Assembly (NCBI GenBank): GCA_013360215.1
Contig: JABWCP010000003.1
Span: 62,001 to 126,000, forward strand
Reading direction: 5' to 3'
Source: a bacterium
Lineage (GTDB): Bacteria > CLD3 > SB21
Length of the DNA: 64,000 bases
Numbering within the stretch: the first letter of the stretch is position 1; each line of letters begins with the position of its first letter. Below are positions 58,183 through 64,000 of the stretch, piece by piece. Below the pieces are notes generated by a model, which searched no databases, had not been told where the DNA came from, and worked only from the letters and a program-made list of their open reading frames with translations. Both the position numbers and the translations under genes were made by a program.

Positions 58183-59772
58183 TCAGTTTTTTCGCCGTAT
58201 CAGTTTGCCCGAAAAAAATCCGGATATATTATGTTCGAAAGGCGTGATGCAAAAATAGCCTTTCCCGGAAATAAATTTTTTCCAACGGGCATCATGATTT
58301 TTCTGAAGTTCAAATTCCGGATGCGCGGACAAAAACGCTTCGATGACGTTTTCGTTTTCTTCTTCGGATAACGTACACGTTGCATAGATCAGCATGCCGC
58401 CGGGTTTGACCAACGGCGCGTAATTTTCCAATAACGTCCGCTGTTCGTTGACCAGTTTTTCGATATTATCCTGTGTGACGCGCCAACGCATATCGGGATT
58501 GCGTTGCAATACGCCGAGACCGCTGCACGGTGCATCAATGATGATTTTATCGTACCATGTCCCCCGTTGATTTAGCGCCGCCAACGCATCGTTTTCGATC
58601 ACCTCGATATTTTTACAGCCGGCACGGGTTGCGCGTTTTTTTAATTGTTCCAAAGCACCCGCATTGATATCCGCCGCGACGATATGACCGGTGTTATGCA
58701 TCAGCATCGAAAGCGCCAGCGATTTTCCGCCGCCCCCGGCGCATGCATCCAGCACGCGATCCTCGGAAGCCGGATTGACCCATTCGCAAAAAATCTGACT
58801 GGATTCGGCCTGCACTTCGACCCATCCGTCTTTAAATATTTTCCGATTAAAAATATCATGCACTTCGCCGGGAATGAGTCCGTATTGTGCGTATGCGGTT
58901 TTTTTGGGAATAATCCCTTCGGCTTTTAATTTTTTAAATACATCCGCTTCCGTCGCCTTAAGGGTATTGATGCGCAAGACCAAAGGCGTCTCCTGATTAT
59001 CAAATTCGCACATCCGGACGGTCGACTCGGTGCCGTACGTCTTGCTCCATTTTTCGATAAGCCATGACGGATGCGAATACGTGATCGCCAGCGCTTCTAC
59101 AGGTTGTTTGCGCGGATTGGGAAAAGAAATTTCCGTGTGATATTTTTTCAGGTAACTGATAAAATTACGGAGGTTTTCTTTTTGGTTGCCGTACGATTTG
59201 GGAACTATAAAATTGACAATCGCCTGCGTACGTTCGACCGAGTGTCCGAGGTGGACGATATGAAACGCGGCGAGGCGGTAGATACAACGAATCAGCGGCT
59301 CCAATTCCTCCGCATTGCGTTTCAGCGTTTTGGAAACCACATAATCCAAACGTAATTTATACCGGATCACATTGAGCGCCGTGCGTGCGATCTGTTCGCG
59401 ATCGCGCGAATCCAAAATGCCGAGATGGCGCTGAATATGCGTGCGAAGCAGAATATCGGCACGCTCCTGTGTCTCTTCGAACGCATGCAATACTTCGAGG
59501 GCGATCCGCTGGCCCGTCCACTCGGCGAGACGCCTTTCTTCCGTTTCAGAATTGGCACCCATAAACGTGCGCGGTTGATAGTATTTAGGTCGCCGGCGTG
59601 GTTTAGGACGTTCGTCACTATATCTTTCGCCGCGTTCTTTACCGGCAAACGTACGTTTTTCAGATGTACGATTTTCAGAGGTACGCTTATCCGATGTACG
59701 TTTATCGGACGTACGTTTATCCGAAGTGCGTTTCGCGCCAGATCGGGCGCCGGGTTTTTTGGAAAAAGGCAT
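58183..59772 (-). CDS. rsmB: 16S rRNA m5C methyltransferase RsmB/Sun family
   Basis: NusB-like domain, YSHPSWL, DACAGGGGKS, DAPCSG, YATCTLSEEENE. Confidence 0.88.
   Translation of the reverse strand: MPFSKKPGARSGAKRTSDKRTSDKRTSDKRTSENRTSEKRTFAGKERGERYSDERPKPRRRPKYYQPRTFMGANSETEERRLAEWTGQRIALEVLHAFEETQERADILLRTHIQRHLGILDSRDREQIARTALNVIRYKLRLDYVVSKTLKRNAEELEPLIRCIYRLAAFHIVHLGHSVERTQAIVNFIVPKSYGNQKENLRNFISYLKKYHTEISFPNPRKQPVEALAITYSHPSWLIEKWSKTYGTESTVRMCEFDNQETPLVLRINTLKATEADVFKKLKAEGIIPKKTAYAQYGLIPGEVHDIFNRKIFKDGWVEVQAESSQIFCEWVNPASEDRVLDACAGGGGKSLALSMLMHNTGHIVAADINAGALEQLKKRATRAGCKNIEVIENDALAALNQRGTWYDKIIIDAPCSGLGVLQRNPDMRWRVTQDNIEKLVNEQRTLLENYAPLVKPGGMLIYATCTLSEEENENVIEAFLSAHPEFELQKNHDARWKKFISGKGYFCITPFEHNISGFFSGKLIRRKN
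59651..59733. repeat. Degenerate 15-bp tandem repeat (~5.5 copies) encoding (K/N)RTS(D/E)
   Basis: Units GTACG...at 59651, 59666, 59681, 59696, 59711 and partial 59726. Confidence 0.85.
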
Positions 59773-59779
59773 GGCTTCC

Positions 59780-60103
59780 TTAAGCTAAAGTATCTTCGAG
59801 TTCTTCTTTGGCCGCATACAATTCCGACACGGCATGCATATTATTGGCTTGTCGCGCAACGCGGATGCCCTCCGTATATGCGGCTATGGCATCCTGCGGC
59901 TGATTATTTTGTTCGTAACATTTGCCGAGTTGATAATACAGCGCGACGTAGGACGGATCACGCCGTTGTAAATCCGTAAACTCAGCGATCGCTTCGGCCC
60001 ATCGCTGTGCGCCGACTAACTCCATCGCCAGCGCGTAACGCGAAAACGAATCACCGGGATCTTTTTCCAGAATAGCGCGTAAGGCTTCCGATCGTGTCAT
60101 CAT
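59780..60103 (-). CDS. Small TPR protein
   Basis: DPGDSFSRYALAME, DPSYVALYYQLGKCYE, YTEGI. Confidence 0.85.
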   Translation of the reverse strand: MMTRSEALRAILEKDPGDSFSRYALAMELVGAQRWAEAIAEFTDLQRRDPSYVALYYQLGKCYEQNNQPQDAIAAYTEGIRVARQANNMHAVSELYAAKEELEDTLA

Positions 60104-60108
60104 CGTAC

Positions 60109-61470
60109 TCAGATTTTTTTACGCTGCATTTGGCCTAAGACGGCATTGAGTTCTTTTGATTTTTCCTCATACCCTTTTTTGCCGAGCAATGCAAACATAT
60201 TGGTTTTATACGCTTCGACGCCCGGTTGATCAAAAGGATTGACGCCCAGCAGATAACCGCTCATCGCGCAGGCTTTTTCGAAAAAGAAAATCATCTGGCC
60301 GAGATAATACGCGTTGAGTTCCGGCAAGTGCACGGTCATATTCGGCACTTCGCCGTCGCGATGCGCCAGGGTCACGCCTTCGTAGGCTTTTTTATTCACG
60401 TATTCAAACGTCTGACCGGTGAGGAAGTTAAATCCGTCCACATCGCCTTCCAAGTCGGGCACCGAGGTATCGGATTGCGCTTTGTCAACCCACAAAAACG
60501 TTTCGTAGATATTACGCGTGCCTTGCTGCACCCATTGGCCCATCGAATGCAGATCCGTCGAAAAATCAACCGAGGCCGGGTAAATACTTTTGTGATCTTT
60601 ACCTTCGCTCTCTCCGTAAAGCTGCTTCCACCACTCGCTCACATAGTGCAGCGACGGTTCGAAATTGGCCAGTATTTCGATGGCTTTTCCTTTACTGTAC
60701 ATCAGATTGCGGATCACGGCATACACATACGCCGGATTGGATTTTAAATCCGGATTGCTCAGTATTTTTTCCATGTCGGCCGCCCCTTGCAAAAGCGCAC
60801 GGATATCCACGCCGGCGACAGCGATCGGCAAAAGCCCGACCGGCGTCAATACCGAATACCGTCCGCCGACGTCATCGGGAATGACATAACATTTGTAACC
60901 TTCTTTTTCGGCCAATTTTTTGAGTGACCCGCGGGCTGCATCGGTCGTTGCAAAAATTCGCTGCGATACCTGCATTTTGGACATGGCATCGCTCATGATT
61001 TTACGAAAATACCGTAGCGCAAGAGCCGGTTCGGTCGTCGTACCGGATTTAGAAATCACGTTGACCGCAACGCGTTTGTTTTGGATCACTTCGGTAAGGT
61101 CGCGCAGATAACGTCCGCTCATATTTTGGCCGGCAAAATAAACCTGCGGCGTTTTGTAAGGGATGTTGTTATTAAAACTATGCGTCAGCGCATCAATAAC
61201 GGCCTTCGCGCCGAGGTATGAACCGCCAATGCCGATAGTGATAAGTATATCTGAAGTTTTACGAATATCTTCGGCCGTTTTAGCGATGTCCTCTACAAGC
61301 GCGGAGGGAAACTTGGATGCCAGATCCAGCCAACCTAAGAAGTCATTACCCGCTCCGGTGCGTTGCTCGATCATTTTATGTACGTCGTTGACTTTGGCCT
61401 GCATCCCGAAAATCTCTTCTTCCTTCAGGAACGGCATCACATACGTGTAATCAAGCTGGATACGGTTCAT
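60109..61470 (-). CDS. pgi: Glucose-6-phosphate isomerase
   Basis: GIGGSYLG, SKSGTTTE, VGGRYS, ESEGK, DLHSMGQ, NPFDQPGVE. Confidence 0.97.
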   Translation of the reverse strand: MNRIQLDYTYVMPFLKEEEIFGMQAKVNDVHKMIEQRTGAGNDFLGWLDLASKFPSALVEDIAKTAEDIRKTSDILITIGIGGSYLGAKAVIDALTHSFNNNIPYKTPQVYFAGQNMSGRYLRDLTEVIQNKRVAVNVISKSGTTTEPALALRYFRKIMSDAMSKMQVSQRIFATTDAARGSLKKLAEKEGYKCYVIPDDVGGRYSVLTPVGLLPIAVAGVDIRALLQGAADMEKILSNPDLKSNPAYVYAVIRNLMYSKGKAIEILANFEPSLHYVSEWWKQLYGESEGKDHKSIYPASVDFSTDLHSMGQWVQQGTRNIYETFLWVDKAQSDTSVPDLEGDVDGFNFLTGQTFEYVNKKAYEGVTLAHRDGEVPNMTVHLPELNAYYLGQMIFFFEKACAMSGYLLGVNPFDQPGVEAYKTNMFALLGKKGYEEKSKELNAVLGQMQRKKI

Positions 61471-61746
61471 AAGACATGCTCCGGTTTGTGGTGTTTTTTG
61501 AGGACTGGGGGTAATATACGCTCTGAATCGGAGAAATCAAATGGAGACCCTATATCACTGATAAATGGCAAACCAAGGGATTATGCTAATCGGTAATCAA
61601 ACTGAATGATAAGAGTTAGCATAAATGCGAAAATAACTGATTTGATTCATAACTAATTTTTTAAACAAACATTGCATATTGATTTTCGCCAACTTGTAAT
61701 ATAATTTCGCGCCGATCAACCGTGAATACGAAATAATTAATCTTTT

Positions 61747-62298
61747 ATGAACGATTTTTTTGAACAAACGCAGGCCCGCTACACGGCGATATTAGAACGA
61801 CTCGACCGCGACATCCGGCCTTTTTCGGATGCGCAGATCCATTGGAAAGCGGATGCGAATACATGGTCTATCGCAGAGGTGCTGCTGCATATTATCACCG
61901 CGGACACCACCTACCTTGAGCCTATGCGCCGCGCTTTGCAAGGCGCCGAACGTACGGCTTCACCGGTCGCCTACCGTCCGAGTTTTTTTGCACGTTTATT
62001 TATCTATTCCCTAAGGCCGGGCCGTTTCCGATACAAAGCCCCCGCGATCTTCAAGCCGGAGTCAAGCCGCATCAGTCATACCATTCGTCAAAATTTCGCC
62101 GATCACATTCGCGCACAGATGCAGTCGTTACAGGCATGGCGTTCGTACGACATCAATCGCCTCAAAATGACGTCACCCGCCAATGCGATGGTGCGTATCA
62201 GTCTCGGTGAAGCGCTGGATGTGATGATCACCCATACCGAACGCCACATGGCGCAGGTGGATCGCATCCTGCAGCATCCCCAGTTTCCGACATCATGA
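61747..62298 (+). CDS. DinB/YfiT family protein
   Basis: WSIAEVLLHI and HTERH metal-binding histidines. Confidence 0.88.
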   Translation: MNDFFEQTQARYTAILERLDRDIRPFSDAQIHWKADANTWSIAEVLLHIITADTTYLEPMRRALQGAERTASPVAYRPSFFARLFIYSLRPGRFRYKAPAIFKPESSRISHTIRQNFADHIRAQMQSLQAWRSYDINRLKMTSPANAMVRISLGEALDVMITHTERHMAQVDRILQHPQFPTS

Positions 62299-62368
62299 AA
62301 TTTGGATTTACGTGCGGCTGCGCGATAGCGGGATTGATTGAGTGGGAGTGTGCGATTTGGATTTTTGT

Positions 62369-63835
62369 CTATGCTTTGGTGCTTTTCCCGTTTAGCCCAT
62401 CCACAACTTCTTTGAAACTCTCCAGCGCGGCTTCGACGTTCTCCACTATTTCCATCGCGAGAATATCCGGGTCGGGAAGATTTTCCAGGTCGCCGAGGTT
62501 GTCGTCCTTGAGCCAGAATATGTCGAGGCTGGTCTTGTCACGCGCAATGATCTCGTCGTAGGTAAATTTCTTGAAGCGTTCCGTCTCTTTACGTTTCTGG
62601 CGATTGGGCGGATTATAACATTTGATGAAGTCCTGCAAGTGCTCGTACTTCATCGGATCGGTCTTGAGCGTGAAATGCTGATTCGTCCGCAGATCGTATA
62701 TCCAGACTTCCTTCGTCCATGGCGTTTTCGAGGCCTGGCGATTATCAAAGAATATCACATTGGCCTTAACGCCTTGCGCGTAGAAAAGGCCCGTGGGCAG
62801 TCTCAGGATCGTATGCAGATCGGTCATGTCCAAGAGGCGCTTGCGAACGGTCTCTCCCGCGCCGCCTTCAAAGAGAACATTATCCGGCACGACCACCGCC
62901 GCTTCGCCGTCGATCTTGAGCATGGCGCGGATATGCTGAACGAAGTTCAGTTGTTTATTGCTCGTCGTGGCCCAGAAATCCTGGCGATTGTACGTCAGCA
63001 TTTCTTTTTCCTGCTCGCCTTCTTCGTTCGTGATCGTGATACTGCTTTTCTTGCCGAAGGGCGGATTGGCAAAGACATAGTGGTACGTATCCTTCGGCGG
63101 AGAGATCAGAGAATCATTCCTATCAATGGGCGGCTCGCTATTCAGGTCGCCGATATTGTGCAGAAACAAATTCATCAGGCACAGCCGCGCCGCATTCGGC
63201 ACGATCTCCCAGCCGCGAAACGCTTTGTATTTCAGGAACTCGCGCTGGCCTTTATTCAGATCCTGCTTGGTGAGATAGTCATAACAGGCGAGAAAAAATC
63301 CGCCGGTGCCGCAGGCGGGATCGGCAATGGTCTTATTCGGTTCGGGCTGAACGCATTCCACCATCGCGCGGATCAGCGCGCGCGGGGTAAAATACTGCCC
63401 CGCCCCGCTTTTCGTGTCTTCGGCGTTCTTCTCCAGCAGGCCTTCGTAAATGTCACCTTTCACATCCGCGCCGAGAATGACCCAATTCTCTTCGTCGATC
63501 ATCCTGATCAACTTGAAAAGCTTCGCCGGGTCCTGGATCTTATTCTGCGACTTAAAGAATATCTGCCCGATCATGCCTTTTTCTTTCGACAATTCGCGAA
63601 GCATCTTCACGTAGTGTTTTTCCAGCGCATCGCCGGACTTATCTCGCAGGGTCGGCCACGCAAAGTCTTTCGGAATGTCCGTTTTCCGGCTGTACGGCGG
63701 CTTGGAGTATTCGTCCGCCATTTTCAGGAATAGCAGATAGGTCAACTGCTCCAGATAGTCTCCGTAACCCACGCCGTCATCGCGGAGCGTATTACAGAAA
63801 GACCAGATTTTTGAAACGAGTGCGTTGGTGGTCAT
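62369..63835 (-). CDS. hsdM: Type I restriction-modification methyltransferase subunit
   Basis: YLEQLTYLLFLKM, GQYFTPR, DPACGTGGF, ANPPF. Confidence 0.95.
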   Translation of the reverse strand: MTTNALVSKIWSFCNTLRDDGVGYGDYLEQLTYLLFLKMADEYSKPPYSRKTDIPKDFAWPTLRDKSGDALEKHYVKMLRELSKEKGMIGQIFFKSQNKIQDPAKLFKLIRMIDEENWVILGADVKGDIYEGLLEKNAEDTKSGAGQYFTPRALIRAMVECVQPEPNKTIADPACGTGGFFLACYDYLTKQDLNKGQREFLKYKAFRGWEIVPNAARLCLMNLFLHNIGDLNSEPPIDRNDSLISPPKDTYHYVFANPPFGKKSSITITNEEGEQEKEMLTYNRQDFWATTSNKQLNFVQHIRAMLKIDGEAAVVVPDNVLFEGGAGETVRKRLLDMTDLHTILRLPTGLFYAQGVKANVIFFDNRQASKTPWTKEVWIYDLRTNQHFTLKTDPMKYEHLQDFIKCYNPPNRQKRKETERFKKFTYDEIIARDKTSLDIFWLKDDNLGDLENLPDPDILAMEIVENVEAALESFKEVVDGLNGKSTKA

Positions 63836-63872
63836 TCAGCTCCAATCAATACGTTTTGTTTTTGAATTGCAG

Positions 63873-64000
63873 TCATCTCCATCGCCATTCCTGCGGAATC
63901 CATTCTGTGACAGTGTTCGCTATCAGTGCCGGCTCAATAAAAGCTTGAATGGATTTTACGACCTGTGAAAAATCGGCGGTTTCCTTAAGATGATTTGAAT
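63873..64000 (-). CDS. C-terminal fragment of an upstream gene, possibly an AbiEii-family nucleotidyltransferase (truncated by window end)
   Basis: Manual translation: SNHLKETADFSQVVKSIQAFIEPALIANTVTEWIPQEWRWR*; not in the ORF track because it is partial. Confidence 0.5.
   Translation of the reverse strand, partial: SNHLKETADFSQVVKSIQAFIEPALIANTVTEWIPQEWRWR

Noticed and set aside
61566-61600. GGCAAACC as a possible c-di-GMP-I riboswitch
   Set aside because: The downstream GNRA stem and second conserved hairpin are absent.
62639-63733. 364-aa ORF antisense to hsdM
   Set aside because: Shadow ORF from codon bias of the real gene; no recognisable motifs.

Overview
Bacterial chromosomal window, mostly housekeeping and envelope genes. 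Three secreted proteins end in T9SS/FlgD-like C-terminal domains while promoters are canonical sigma70, which suggests a deep-branching FCB-superphylum lineage (inference). The left edge holds the end of a CRISPR array (36-bp repeat, 29-30-bp spacers, type II-like). Next come a BoxB/PaaA-family diiron enzyme with a TetR regulator and PaaR-type operator; rsmA-mgtE; hsp20-lon-hybrid kinase-CMD-acpS; and an unusual beta-helix/TPR-TM-DnaJ protein coupled to a two-component system. The middle contains rpsU, tRNA-Arg(ACG), a ~3,775-aa modular secreted protein, a DtxR-feoA-feoB operon with a consensus promoter and operator, and a bacilliredoxin-Crp-DUF2892 module. The right half contains tandem S41 proteases, GH57, ftsY, a TamA/BamA-family gene, an orphan BMC vertex gene, a prenol kinase-DUF92 fusion, CBS/CGL preceded by two Roadblock genes, a small winged-helix-like gene behind a perfect CRP box, rsmB and pgi. 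The right edge has a type I R-M hsdM preceded by a probable AbiEii-like gene fragment. The best candidate for an undescribed system is the membrane-spanning beta-helix/TPR to J-domain protein with its adjacent HK/RR pair. All family assignments come from motif recognition; no database search was run.
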